A stretch of DNA of 64,000 bases from an uncultured Gemmatimonadaceae bacterium (GTDB lineage: Bacteria > Gemmatimonadota > Gemmatimonadetes > Gemmatimonadales > Gemmatimonadaceae), in NCBI GenBank assembly GCA_963740355.1, contig CAVUDW010000002.1, forward strand, positions 320,001-384,000, in the 5' to 3' direction. Made by a program: the position numbers and the translations under genes. Under the pieces are notes generated by a model. That model was given only the letters and a program-made list of their open reading frames with translations. It did not search any database and was not told the DNA's origin. Shown one piece after another: positions 49,285 through 59,138 of this stretch (position 1 is its first letter; each line of letters begins with the position of its first letter).

Positions 49285-49645
49285 CGCAACTGCGAATCGC
49301 GGAGGCGCAGAGACGCAGAGAACTGCAACGGCTGAACTGCTACTGCCTTATCGCAAAACAAACTTTTGGGTCCAGCAACAGCCGCAAGACTGCGAACGGC
49401 CGCAAAACTGCGTGCGTGGGCACCGGTGGTCGGTGAGCACATCGCCCTGACATTTTGTGGGAACAACTCGCCCACCGTTCTTCCGTTTTCAAGGTCCTTT
49501 ACCAAAGCTGTTGCAGTGGCCTTTGCAGTTCTCTGCGGCCTCTGCGCCCCTGCGATTCGCTGTGGCAGTTTTGCGGCTTCTGCAGTGTTGCGGCTGTTGC
49601 TGTACCCCAGAGCACTTTTGCGTCAAGGCAGTTACGCAGTTCCCC
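49285..49645. repeat. Intergenic repeat element copy 2 (intact A-B-core-A'-B')
   Basis: A 49292-49328 / A' 49523-49560; B 49342-49411 / B' 49565-49632; core 49429-49510; lies between convergent genes. Confidence 0.88.
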
Positions 49646-49658
49646 AGCTCACAGAGGA

Positions 49659-50684
49659 TCAGCCGACTCCGAGCACGGGGTGGCCGCCGGTGGCGGCGGC
49701 GTCGGTGAGGGCGGCGACGAGGAGCGGGCGCGTAGTGCCGAGCACCTGCGGGGTGTCGAGCACACTCTCGACCACGATGCGCGCACGGCCGTCGACCACC
49801 GAATGCAACTTCGCATTGGCGCGGGTCACGCCTTTCACACCCGCTGCCGCTTGTTGGCAGCGAACCGCAAGCGCAAGCAACGATTCACCGGTCTCACCGT
49901 TGGCTGGAACGCCCACTGTGAGCGACACCATGCGCGTGCGCGTGCGGCTGACGTTGGTCAGTCGGGTCTTCATCACGTCGGCGTTGGCGAGACTCACTTC
50001 CTCGCCCGTGCCAAGCCGAAGGCGTGTCGTCTTCAGGCCCACGTTTTCGACGCGGCCTGTCACGTCGCCGACGGTGATTTCATCGCCGACCACGAACGGC
50101 TTGTCGAACGCGATCGCGAGCGCAGCCAACAGGTCGCCGAGGATGTTCTGGACCGCCAGTGCGACTGCGATACCCGTGATGCCGAGGCCCGTGACCAGGG
50201 CCGTGACGTTGATGCCGAAGTTGTCCAGCGCCAGCACCAGCACGATCACGAAGACCGCGGCCCGGATCAGGACGCCCACCACCGCCAGGGATGCGCGACT
50301 GGACTGCGTGCCGTCGGCATTGGTGTGCATGCGATGGAGCCAGAAATCCACCGAGGCGTTCGCCCACCACAGGAGCTGCAGACAGAAGGCGCCGATCGTG
50401 AACATCCGCAACCAGGTTGGCAGCTGCGAGCTGGTCGTCTCGTAGTACGCCGCCGTCGAGATGCCCATCGCCAGCATGTAGATGCGCGATGTCTTCCGGG
50501 CCAGCAGCAGGAACAGGTCGTCCACCCAGGTGTCGGTCGCGGCGGACCCCTTGAGCCGCTTCACCATCAGCTCCCGGATCGTCCACAGCGCTGCAATGGT
50601 GAGTGTGCCGATGCCGAGGCCCTTCAGCAGCTCGAGATACGAGATGCCCATCAGCGCGTGGTCGCGAAGCGTATTCATCAACAT
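49659..50684 (-). CDS. MscS mechanosensitive channel (start approximate)
   Basis: GLGITGIAVALAVQNILGD, DKPFVVGD and G.VE.VGLKTTR motifs. Confidence 0.92.
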   Translation of the reverse strand: MLMNTLRDHALMGISYLELLKGLGIGTLTIAALWTIRELMVKRLKGSAATDTWVDDLFLLLARKTSRIYMLAMGISTAAYYETTSSQLPTWLRMFTIGAFCLQLLWWANASVDFWLHRMHTNADGTQSSRASLAVVGVLIRAAVFVIVLVLALDNFGINVTALVTGLGITGIAVALAVQNILGDLLAALAIAFDKPFVVGDEITVGDVTGRVENVGLKTTRLRLGTGEEVSLANADVMKTRLTNVSRTRTRMVSLTVGVPANGETGESLLALAVRCQQAAAGVKGVTRANAKLHSVVDGRARIVVESVLDTPQVLGTTRPLLVAALTDAAATGGHPVLGVG

Positions 50685-50794
50685 CCAGTTGGTGGTGCGT
50701 GGCGTAAGGAGGTGGGGCCGGGGAACCAATCACCGCGCCCGTGTCTTGTCGTGCCTCTGAGGAGGGCTCGCCCTCCAAACATATCTTCCTTGCG

Positions 50795-53479
50795 ATGCGC
50801 GCCCTCAATTTCGCTGCCCTCGCGGCACTGCTGGCCTCGCCGACGCTCCTGTCGGCGCAAGATTCCTCTCGCGTCCGTCCGGACAGCGTCACCTGCGTCC
50901 GGCGGCCAGCCACCGCGGGGTGCCGTCGCTTCCGTGACTCCACGGCGGCGCAGCTGTCGGTGGTCAGTGTGGTGGCCGATCAGCCGCGACGCCTGCTCAA
51001 TCGAAGCACGGCCACCGTTGGAGGCACCGTCGAGCGAAAGGAGCTGAACGCGCTCCCGACCGACTCCCGTGATCCAATTTCACTGGCCTTTTCGCTGCCG
51101 AACGTGGCGCAGGCCACCGGCTTCTTCGGTGACGCACCACGCCTCACGATCAACGGCAGCAATTCGCTCTACACCTCATACACCATCGATGGCCTCGAGA
51201 ACAACGAAGGGTTCCTCGGTGGTGCGCGCGTCGAACTGCCGCTGTCGGCGCTGGAGCGACTGAGCGTTGCCGCGAACACCTATGGCGCGGATATCGGCCG
51301 CAGCAGCAATGGCGTGGTCCAGTTCGAGACGCGATCCGGCAAGGCGAAGTGGGGCGGCGAGGCGTTCGCCTACAACCGCCCCGGTGTGCCATTCGATGCT
51401 CGTGCCAAGATCGTGCCCGGCGGCAACGCCGACGCCTTCAACAAGGCGCAGGATGGCTTCCGTCGCACGCAGGTCGGCGCGGCGGGCGGCGGGCCGTTGG
51501 TGAAGGATCGCACCTTCGTCTTCGGTGCGCTGGAATACACGAACGAAAACGAGGATCGCATCGCGAGCACCACCAGCGTGCCGTTCGTTGGTCGTGAGTT
51601 GCGCCAGATCTGGAAGGCCTTCGGTCGTCTCGATCAGGGCCTCGGCAATGCCGGCAGCCTGACGGCGAAGTTTGCGCTCACCAGTACCGATCGGGCGGGT
51701 CAGGGTAGTGGTATCCTCGCGCCCGAGGCAGACACGCGCACGCAGCGCATCGGCTCACTGAGCAGCGTTACACATCGCGCCTCGCTGAGCAATGGCCGCG
51801 CCAGCCAGGTCACCTCGCTGCAGTTCGGCACCTTCCGCTGGAACTTCCCGCCGACGCGCAGCAGCTTCAGCATCCCGCAAGTGACGATCGTCGCCAACGA
51901 TCCGGCGCGACCGGGCAACACGATCACGCAGGCCATTGTCGGCAGCAGCAACTTCGTCTTCGACGAGTCGGAGCGTCAGTTCCAGTTGCGCACCGAGCAT
52001 CGACGCGAGCTGGGCGCGAAGAACACGATCAGCACCGGCGTCGACATTGCTCGCAGTGCCTTCGAGCTGACGGGGTCCAACACCAATCCGATCGGCAGCT
52101 ACACCGTGCTGAATACCGGGAACATCAACCCGGCGGCGGGACGGTTCTACACTTACGGCGACATCCCGCAGGATGTACAGGTGCTTCGCTACAGCATCGA
52201 TGCCCGGCAGAAGCAGGTAAACCTGTCGCAGCTGCTGACCAGCGCCTGGTTCGAGGATCGGTTCACGCCAACCTCCGAGCTCACGATCAACGCCGGCCTG
52301 CGCTGGGACTACGATGATCTGACGTCTCGTGGTGAGAGCAAGCCTGACCTGAACAATTTTCAGCCGCGCGTCTCGATCAACTGGACGCCCACCGATCGTT
52401 CGGTGCTGCGCGTTGGTGCCGGTCGCTACACGGGCAAGTTTCCCTACACGATTTATTCCGACGCGGTGCAGTTCGGCCCCGATGGCAACGCCACCATCAC
52501 ACTCGACGGCGCACAGGCTCCAGCCTTCGGCCAGGGGCCGCGTGGCGAGTCGCTGGCCGCGCAGTCGAGCACGTTCCCGCCGCGCGAGATCCGGCGACTC
52601 TTCGCGCTTGGTCTCGAGCAGCCATACAGCGACCAGGTCAGCCTCGGCTTCCAGTATCAGGTCACGCCAGCGGTTGGCATCACTGTCGACGCGGTTGCCA
52701 CGCAGACGAACAACCTCCCGCTATCGTGGGACCTGAATGCGAATACCCGCGGTATCCGTCCCGGCGATGTGACGTCCGTCCCGGTCTCCGAGGGTGACAC
52801 GTTCCGCCCCGTGGCTCCTGTCGCCGGCAGCTATCGCCGCCTGACCACATCAGCGTCGCGAGGTGAAGCGAACTACATCGGCCTCACCACCGCACTTCGC
52901 TGGCAGCCGGAGCGCACCATTCTGCTCGACGCGAACTACACAGTGAGCCGCTCGCGGAACAACACCGAGGACATCAACTTCAACGCCACGCAAGGCAACA
53001 ACTTCGATGCCGAGTGGGCGGATGCGGTCAATGATCGCCGCCACAAGTTGTCGCTGCGTGCGGTGTACACTGGCATTCGTCGACTCTCGCTGAGCACCGT
53101 GTTCGACGTGCAGTCGGGCACTCCAATCAACCGCATTGCCGGCTTCTGCGGCGCATCGTACTGCGACCTCGATGGCTCCGGCGATACATTCGGCAACGGC
53201 TTCCTCGGCAACCAGGATCGTTTCTTTGGCGTTGCGCGCAATGGCGAACGGTTGCCGGCAGCGACGCTCGTGAACCTTGGTGCTGGTTATGAGCTTGGCC
53301 CGGTGCAGCTGCGCGCGGACCTGTTCAATGCCTTCAACACCCGCAATGTGAGTGGCTACGCGAATGGACTTCCTGGTGGTGGTGCGCGGACACAGGTGGG
53401 CCGGCCGGGTGATCCGGTCGTATTCCCGAGTGCGGCGCCAGCCCGTCAGGTGCAGTTCTCCGCCCGTTATGCATTCTGA
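50795..53479 (+). CDS. TonB-dependent receptor (Oar-like)
   Basis: Signal peptide, plug domain (YTIDG.EN, GADIGRSS.GV..TRSG), GLRWDY, NFQPR and terminal RYAF. Confidence 0.9.
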   Translation: MRALNFAALAALLASPTLLSAQDSSRVRPDSVTCVRRPATAGCRRFRDSTAAQLSVVSVVADQPRRLLNRSTATVGGTVERKELNALPTDSRDPISLAFSLPNVAQATGFFGDAPRLTINGSNSLYTSYTIDGLENNEGFLGGARVELPLSALERLSVAANTYGADIGRSSNGVVQFETRSGKAKWGGEAFAYNRPGVPFDARAKIVPGGNADAFNKAQDGFRRTQVGAAGGGPLVKDRTFVFGALEYTNENEDRIASTTSVPFVGRELRQIWKAFGRLDQGLGNAGSLTAKFALTSTDRAGQGSGILAPEADTRTQRIGSLSSVTHRASLSNGRASQVTSLQFGTFRWNFPPTRSSFSIPQVTIVANDPARPGNTITQAIVGSSNFVFDESERQFQLRTEHRRELGAKNTISTGVDIARSAFELTGSNTNPIGSYTVLNTGNINPAAGRFYTYGDIPQDVQVLRYSIDARQKQVNLSQLLTSAWFEDRFTPTSELTINAGLRWDYDDLTSRGESKPDLNNFQPRVSINWTPTDRSVLRVGAGRYTGKFPYTIYSDAVQFGPDGNATITLDGAQAPAFGQGPRGESLAAQSSTFPPREIRRLFALGLEQPYSDQVSLGFQYQVTPAVGITVDAVATQTNNLPLSWDLNANTRGIRPGDVTSVPVSEGDTFRPVAPVAGSYRRLTTSASRGEANYIGLTTALRWQPERTILLDANYTVSRSRNNTEDINFNATQGNNFDAEWADAVNDRRHKLSLRAVYTGIRRLSLSTVFDVQSGTPINRIAGFCGASYCDLDGSGDTFGNGFLGNQDRFFGVARNGERLPAATLVNLGAGYELGPVQLRADLFNAFNTRNVSGYANGLPGGGARTQVGRPGDPVVFPSAAPARQVQFSARYAF

Positions 53480-54710
53480 CAGGTCGACCGTGGCAGGACG
53501 GCGCGCATCACTCGCCGTCCTGCTAGCGGTCGCGGTGGCGTTCGGATGTGCACGAACGGCGCCCGCCGTCACCGCCGCCGAACTCGCACGACTCCCGTGG
53601 GACAGTGTCGTGGCACGGGCGCGCGGCACCGCGGTCGTCTGGCGGATGTGGCGTGGTGATCCATCCGTCAATGCCTACGTGGACAAGTGGGTCGCGCCGC
53701 GATTGCAGGCAGAATTCGGCATCACGCTGCAAGCGGTGAGCGGGCAGGGCAATGAATTGGTGGACCAGCTCACCGTGGAGCGAGAGTCGGGTGCGCGCAC
53801 TGGCACCGCGAGCCTGATGTGGATCAACGGTGAGACCTTCAGTGCGATGCGCAGTCGGCAGCTGCTCGCAGGTCCGTGGAGTGGGTCACTTCCCGCGGGC
53901 GCAGCCGTCGATAGTTCATCGCCGATCATCAGTCGAGACTTCGAGCAGGACCCGGCCGGGTTCGAGTCGCCGTGGGGCACGGTGCAGTTGGCGCTGATCT
54001 ACGACAGCGCGCGCACACCGCTACCGCCACGCTCCGTGGCCGAACTCACGAGCTGGATCCGGGCACATCCCGGTCGATTCACGTATGACCAGAGTTTCGC
54101 AGGCACCACGTTCCTCAAAGGAATGCTCTATTCGCTGAACGGCGGCGTGGAGACCTACCAGGGCGGCTTCGATTCCACGAAGTATCTGGCGGGTCGCGCT
54201 CGTCTTTTCGCGCTGCTCGATTCATTGAAGCCGTCGCTTTGGCGCAAGGGCACACAGTATCCCGCCGACGTCGCGGCGCTGCACCGCCTCTTCGCGAACA
54301 AGGAGGTCGACTTCACACTCTCCAACAACCAGAACGAGGCGGTGACGAAGGCGATGCAAGGTGTGTTGCCCCCCACTAGCCGTGCCCTCGTGTTGCGGGA
54401 TGGCACGATCGCCAACGCCCACTTTCTCGGCATTCCGTTCAATGCGCCGAATGCTGCCGGCGCCATGGTGGTGGCGAACTTTCTGCTCTCCCCCGCCGCG
54501 CAGTTGGAGAAGCAGCGTCCGACGGTCTGGGCCGACGGCACCGTCCTCAGCCTGTCGCGACTCCCGGCGGAATGGAAGCTGCGATTCGACTCTGTCGTGA
54601 ATGATCCGCGGCTGGTGCCCGCCGATTCCCTGCGGCGATATGCGCGGCCGGAAGTCTCGCCGCGGTATCACGAGCGGTTGCAGGATGACTGGCGCCGGAT
54701 GATCCGCTGA
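53469..54710 (+). CDS. ABC substrate-binding lipoprotein, YnjB-like
   Basis: AFGC lipobox; W....ARG..V, WINGE.F, E.PWG..Q, HPGRFTY and GTI.N.HF.GIPFN motifs. Confidence 0.85.
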   Translation: MHSDRSTVAGRRASLAVLLAVAVAFGCARTAPAVTAAELARLPWDSVVARARGTAVVWRMWRGDPSVNAYVDKWVAPRLQAEFGITLQAVSGQGNELVDQLTVERESGARTGTASLMWINGETFSAMRSRQLLAGPWSGSLPAGAAVDSSSPIISRDFEQDPAGFESPWGTVQLALIYDSARTPLPPRSVAELTSWIRAHPGRFTYDQSFAGTTFLKGMLYSLNGGVETYQGGFDSTKYLAGRARLFALLDSLKPSLWRKGTQYPADVAALHRLFANKEVDFTLSNNQNEAVTKAMQGVLPPTSRALVLRDGTIANAHFLGIPFNAPNAAGAMVVANFLLSPAAQLEKQRPTVWADGTVLSLSRLPAEWKLRFDSVVNDPRLVPADSLRRYARPEVSPRYHERLQDDWRRMIR

Positions 54711-54768
54711 TCGTGTCGAAACGACAGGCACGATTGCGCTCGGGACTCGCGCTATCCACTCTCCGCGT

Positions 54769-55659
54769 GTGAACTCCGCTCGCTCATCATCCCGTCACGC
54801 TGCCCCGTACGCTGGCTCACGCCGCGGACGCGAGCGTGTCGCCAGCGTGTTGCCCGTTGCAGCCGCAGCCGCGATCCTCGGCGTGCCGCTCGTGATTGGT
54901 GTCGGCTACCTGGTCGCGGGAGCGCTCGGCCTGATAGGTGATGCGACGCCGGGTGCGCTGGGCCGCGTACTGGGCGACGGGCAGGTGCTGCGCTCTGCGA
55001 TGCTGTCGCTCTGGATCTCGACGGTGGGAACGGGCGTCGCACTCGTCGGTGCCGTCATCATCTCCCTCAGTTTCTCCCGCGCGAGCGCACTCGATCGTGC
55101 GGCTCGATTCATCGCCACCCTGCCGCTGCCGGTGCCGACGGTCGCCGCGTCGGTCGCAATACTGCTGCTGCTGTCGCAGAGTGGCTGGCTATCGCGCGTC
55201 GCAACGCAGCTCCAGCTGACTCGTGTGCCGGCCGATTTTCCCGCACTGGTTCAGGATCCCTGGGCCCTCGGTGTGATCGTGGCTGTGGTCTGGAAGGAAT
55301 TGCCATTCCTGCTGCTCGTATCGCTGTCGTTGTTATCACTACGCGGCCCTGCGCTGTCGGATGCCGCTCGGACACTCGGCGCCTCGCCGTGGCAGGTGCT
55401 GCGCACCATCACGCTGCCGTTGCTCCTGCGTGGACTGGCACCGAGTGTCATTGCAGTGTTCGTGTTCGTGCTTGGCTCGCTCGAGCTTCCGTTGGTGTTG
55501 GCGCCCAGCTCACCGCTCGCGTTGCCGATGCTGATCCAGGAACGTCGACAGGCGCTCGATGCCCAGTCGCATGGCGAAGCGTATCTGGTCGCGCTGATGG
55601 CAACGATCCTTGCGATGATTGCCGTGGCGGCACACGAATGGCTCCGGGACGACGCATGA
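54769..55659 (+). CDS. ABC transporter permease (YnjC N-half-like)
   Basis: VWKELPF and AARTLGAS (EAA loop) motifs. Confidence 0.88.
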   Translation: MNSARSSSRHAAPYAGSRRGRERVASVLPVAAAAAILGVPLVIGVGYLVAGALGLIGDATPGALGRVLGDGQVLRSAMLSLWISTVGTGVALVGAVIISLSFSRASALDRAARFIATLPLPVPTVAASVAILLLLSQSGWLSRVATQLQLTRVPADFPALVQDPWALGVIVAVVWKELPFLLLVSLSLLSLRGPALSDAARTLGASPWQVLRTITLPLLLRGLAPSVIAVFVFVLGSLELPLVLAPSSPLALPMLIQERRQALDAQSHGEAYLVALMATILAMIAVAAHEWLRDDA

Positions 55660-56450
55660 CGCATCGGTCACCGTTGCCGCGCGTTGCCCTCTTCGTGGTG
55701 CTGACGCTTTTCGCGATTGCACCACTGCTGCTGTTGATCGTCACGTCCGTGGCACGCGGTTGGTTCTATCCTGCCATCGCACCGGCGGCAATCGATTTCA
55801 GCGCGTGGCGGGAACTGTTTTCAGAGCCCGCGCACCGGGGTGCATTGCTCAACAGCGTGATCCTTGGTGTCGCGACGGCCATCGCAGCCACGATGTGTGC
55901 CCTGCCGCTCGGGCGAACCGCGGCGCGCGGCGCACGCAGCACGAGGCGCGCCGTGGCCGTGCTGGCGTTTGCAGCGGTGGCCATGCCGCCGGTCGCCCTT
56001 GGCGTGGGCCTGCAGTTGACCGTGCTCACGCTTGGACTCGGCGGTTCGCTGGGCGGTGTCTTCCTCGCGCACCTGGTGCCAACGCTGGGGTATCTCACGC
56101 TGATCTTCCTTGGCGTGTTCACGCAGTGGGACGGCCGACTCGAGGAAGCTGCAGCGACCCTCGGTGCAACGGGCGTCAACCGCTGGCGCTACGTGTTGTT
56201 GCCGTTGCTCCGCCGACCGATCGTCGAGGCCCTCGCACTCGGTTTCCTCGTCAGCTGGGCGCAGGTTGCGTTGACCCTGCTGGTTGGTGGCGGTGCCGTG
56301 CGCACACTGCCGTTGGATGTGCTGGCACTGCTGCAGGCGGGTCAGGATCAGCGAGCCGCCGCGGGGGCGCTGGCGCTGGCGATTCCGGCGCTGATTGTCG
56401 TCAGCATCTCGCGGATCGCCGCGCGCGGCACCGCAGCGGTGGCGGCGTGA
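55656..56450 (+). CDS. ABC transporter permease (YnjC C-half-like)
   Basis: LEEAAATLGA motif; ATGA overlap with the preceding gene. Confidence 0.88.
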   Translation: MTHRSPLPRVALFVVLTLFAIAPLLLLIVTSVARGWFYPAIAPAAIDFSAWRELFSEPAHRGALLNSVILGVATAIAATMCALPLGRTAARGARSTRRAVAVLAFAAVAMPPVALGVGLQLTVLTLGLGGSLGGVFLAHLVPTLGYLTLIFLGVFTQWDGRLEEAAATLGATGVNRWRYVLLPLLRRPIVEALALGFLVSWAQVALTLLVGGGAVRTLPLDVLALLQAGQDQRAAAGALALAIPALIVVSISRIAARGTAAVAA

Positions 56451-57484
56451 CATCGACACTCGAGGTGACAGGCCTACGCGTCGATTTCGGCGAGCGCGTC
56501 GGTTTGCGCGACGTCTCGTTCGCGGTCGAAGCCGGTGACTGCCTCGCGGTGCTCGGTGTCTCGGGCTCCGGCAAGTCATCGCTGTTGCGAACGCTGGCCG
56601 GACTGCAGGCCGCATCGGCGGGGCGAATCGTGGTGAAGGGCCGCGACGTGACGACGCTGCCACCGGAACGGCGAAGTATCGTCTATCTGCATCAGGAACC
56701 GGTGCTGTTCCCGCATCGGACAGTGCTCGAGAATGTCGCGTTTCCGCTGCTGGTGCGGGGTGTCGCGCCCGGCGAGGCCCGCGCTTCCGCACACACCTGG
56801 CTCACGCGTTTGCAGGTCGATGAGCTGGCGGCACGTTCCACGGACGCGGTGAGCGGCGGTCAACGGCATCGCATCGCGTTAGCACGTGCCCTCTGTGCCG
56901 AGCCTGACGTGTTGCTGCTCGATGAACCACTGGCATCGCTGGATCCCGCCATTCGCCGCGATGTGCGCGAGGCGCTGCTCGCTGCGCGCGCGGCCAGCGG
57001 TGCAGCGATGCTGCTCGTGACCCATGACCTGGATGATGCCCTCGCAATTGCGAGTCACATCTCGACCATCGACGGGTCATCGCTCTCGGCGGCGAAAGCG
57101 CCAGCGGAACTCCTGCGCTCGCCGCCGTCGCTGGAAACGGCTCGACTCCTGGGCGTATATGCAGAGATCCATGGCACGGTGTCCGATGACAGTTCGGAGT
57201 TGTTCTACTGGATTGGCGGCGCGATTCCCGCCGCGGGTGTTCCGTCAGGCGCCACCGTCGCGTGTGTGCGCGCGCATGAAGTCAGCGTGCGGCCTGGCGC
57301 TGCGCTCTCGGCCCCGCTGCTGACGGTGGCTGAACGCCGCGACGGTGCACACGAATCGCTGCTGACCGTGCGCACTGATAGTGGCGAGACCGCCACGGTC
57401 CGAGTCGGCAGCGGCGTCGCGGTAACACCTGGCGACGTGATCCAGCTCGCGATCACGCAGGCGCGTTTCTTCACCCCCGACTGA
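56447..57484 (+). CDS. ABC transporter ATP-binding protein
   Basis: GVSGSGKS, VSGGQ, LLLDEP and VTHD motifs; GTGA overlap. Confidence 0.93.
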   Translation: MTSTLEVTGLRVDFGERVGLRDVSFAVEAGDCLAVLGVSGSGKSSLLRTLAGLQAASAGRIVVKGRDVTTLPPERRSIVYLHQEPVLFPHRTVLENVAFPLLVRGVAPGEARASAHTWLTRLQVDELAARSTDAVSGGQRHRIALARALCAEPDVLLLDEPLASLDPAIRRDVREALLAARAASGAAMLLVTHDLDDALAIASHISTIDGSSLSAAKAPAELLRSPPSLETARLLGVYAEIHGTVSDDSSELFYWIGGAIPAAGVPSGATVACVRAHEVSVRPGAALSAPLLTVAERRDGAHESLLTVRTDSGETATVRVGSGVAVTPGDVIQLAITQARFFTPD

Positions 57485-57490
57485 CGTCCC

Positions 57491-58096
57491 GTGTTCGATC
57501 ACTTGCTCCGTGGCCTGAAGGATCGATTGCTGGCGCCGCTCGCCATGCTGTTGCGCGGTGTCCCGCCGAACCTGTTGTCGGTCGTGGCACTGGCATTTGG
57601 CCTCGGCGCCGCCGTAGCTGCCTCGCGGGCGGCGTGGGGGGTGGGACTGGCGCTCTGGCTCACGAACAGGATCATCGATGGCCTCGACGGCACAGTGGCC
57701 CGGGTGGCGGAACGGCAGACTGATTTCGGCGGTTATCTGGACATTCTGCTGGATTTCGTCGTCTATGCCGCAGTCCCGGTCGGTCTGGCAATCCAATCGA
57801 CCGATCGCGTCGTTTTGCTATGGACGGCGGCCATGGAAGGCGCCTTCTTCGTCAACGCCTGCAGCTGGATGTACCTCTCGGCCGTATTGGAGAAACGCGC
57901 ATCCGGTGCGCAGGCGACTGGCGAACTCACGACAGTGACCATGCCGGCCGCACTGGTGGCCGGTTTTGAGACGGTGGTGTTTTACGCGTTGTTTTTCCTC
58001 TTCCCGGCGAAGCTGGCGCTGCTGTTCGGCATCATGACGACGCTGGTGGGTATCAACATCCTTCAGCGCCTCGTCTGGGCTCGCCGAGTGTTGTAG
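57491..58096 (+). CDS. CDP-alcohol phosphatidyltransferase family protein (YnjF-like)
   Basis: PN..S and NRIIDGLDGTVAR...TDFGGYLDILLD motifs. Confidence 0.92.
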   Translation: MFDHLLRGLKDRLLAPLAMLLRGVPPNLLSVVALAFGLGAAVAASRAAWGVGLALWLTNRIIDGLDGTVARVAERQTDFGGYLDILLDFVVYAAVPVGLAIQSTDRVVLLWTAAMEGAFFVNACSWMYLSAVLEKRASGAQATGELTTVTMPAALVAGFETVVFYALFFLFPAKLALLFGIMTTLVGINILQRLVWARRVL

Positions 58097-58188
58097 CCTT
58101 CTCGACCGCAGGTTCGTGCACTTGCTGTACACCCGCCGGCTCTTCGCCGCAGGTCGCTGTTCACGACTCACTTTCCACCGCTGTCGCC

Positions 58189-59115
58189 ATGCTGATCCGC
58201 AACCGAATCGAGCCGCCGTCCTCCGAGATCACGCCGGAGATCGACTACCTCAACCGCCGCCAGTTCCTTGGCATGGTTGGCAGCATTGGTGCGATCACGG
58301 CCACCGGCGCACTGGTCGAAGCGGCGATGGGCGGGCTCCACCCAGTAGGCGCACAGCAGGCGGAGGAGGTGACCGATGAGGACAAGGTCACCAGCTACAA
58401 CAACTACTATGAGTTCGGCACCGACAAGGAAGATCCGAAGGCCAACTCGCAGCAGTTCCGCACCCGCCCGTGGAGCGTGAAGGTCGAAGGGATGTGCAAG
58501 AAGCCCGGCAACATGCCGCTCGATGACTTCCTCAAGCCGAGTAGGATCGAGGATCGGACGTATCGTTTTCGGTGCGTCGAAGCGTGGAGCGCGGTGATTC
58601 CGTGGCGTGGCATTCCGCTGGCGGATGTCATTCGTCGCGCTGATCCGCTGCCGTCGGCCAGGTTCGTCGAGTTCACCACGCTCTACGATCCGGCCCAGAT
58701 GCCAGGGCAGCGTCGCGCCACGATCGCCTGGCCGTACATCGAAGGGTTGCGCCTCGATGAAGCGCTCAATCCGCTCGCCTTCCTTGCCACCGGCATGTAC
58801 GGCAAGACGCTGCCGAACCAGAATGGCGCGCCGCTGCGACTGGTCGTGCCGTGGAAGTACGGCTTCAAGAACATCAAGGCGATCGTGAAGATGAAGTTCA
58901 CCGACAAGCCGGCCAACACGACCTGGATGCAGGCTGCGCCGGATGAATACGGCTTCTATGCCAACGTGAATCCCACGGTCGATCATCCGCGCTGGAGCCA
59001 GGCGCGTGATCGCAAGCTGGGTGACATCCTGCGCAAGCCGACGCCGATGTTCAACGGCTACGAGGCCCAGGTGGCGTCGATGTACAGCGGCATGGACCTG
59101 CGTCGGAATTTCTGA
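58189..59115 (+). CDS. msrP: Protein-methionine-sulfoxide reductase catalytic subunit
   Basis: Tat signal NRRQFL; SYNNYYEFG, RCVEAWS and QNGAPLRLVVPWKYGFK motifs. Confidence 0.96.
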   Translation: MLIRNRIEPPSSEITPEIDYLNRRQFLGMVGSIGAITATGALVEAAMGGLHPVGAQQAEEVTDEDKVTSYNNYYEFGTDKEDPKANSQQFRTRPWSVKVEGMCKKPGNMPLDDFLKPSRIEDRTYRFRCVEAWSAVIPWRGIPLADVIRRADPLPSARFVEFTTLYDPAQMPGQRRATIAWPYIEGLRLDEALNPLAFLATGMYGKTLPNQNGAPLRLVVPWKYGFKNIKAIVKMKFTDKPANTTWMQAAPDEYGFYANVNPTVDHPRWSQARDRKLGDILRKPTPMFNGYEAQVASMYSGMDLRRNF

Positions 59116-59138
59116 CACCTGCTGATCTCGACCGTCGC

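Noticed and set aside
50700..50794. Riboswitch upstream of the TonB receptor
   Set aside because: Only a small hairpin (GGAGGGCTCGCCCTCC); no cobalamin or TPP consensus recognised and the space is too short.
49366..51047. Long + strand ORFs (359 and 530 aa)
   Set aside because: Antisense shadows of mscS and the repeat, as expected at high GC.
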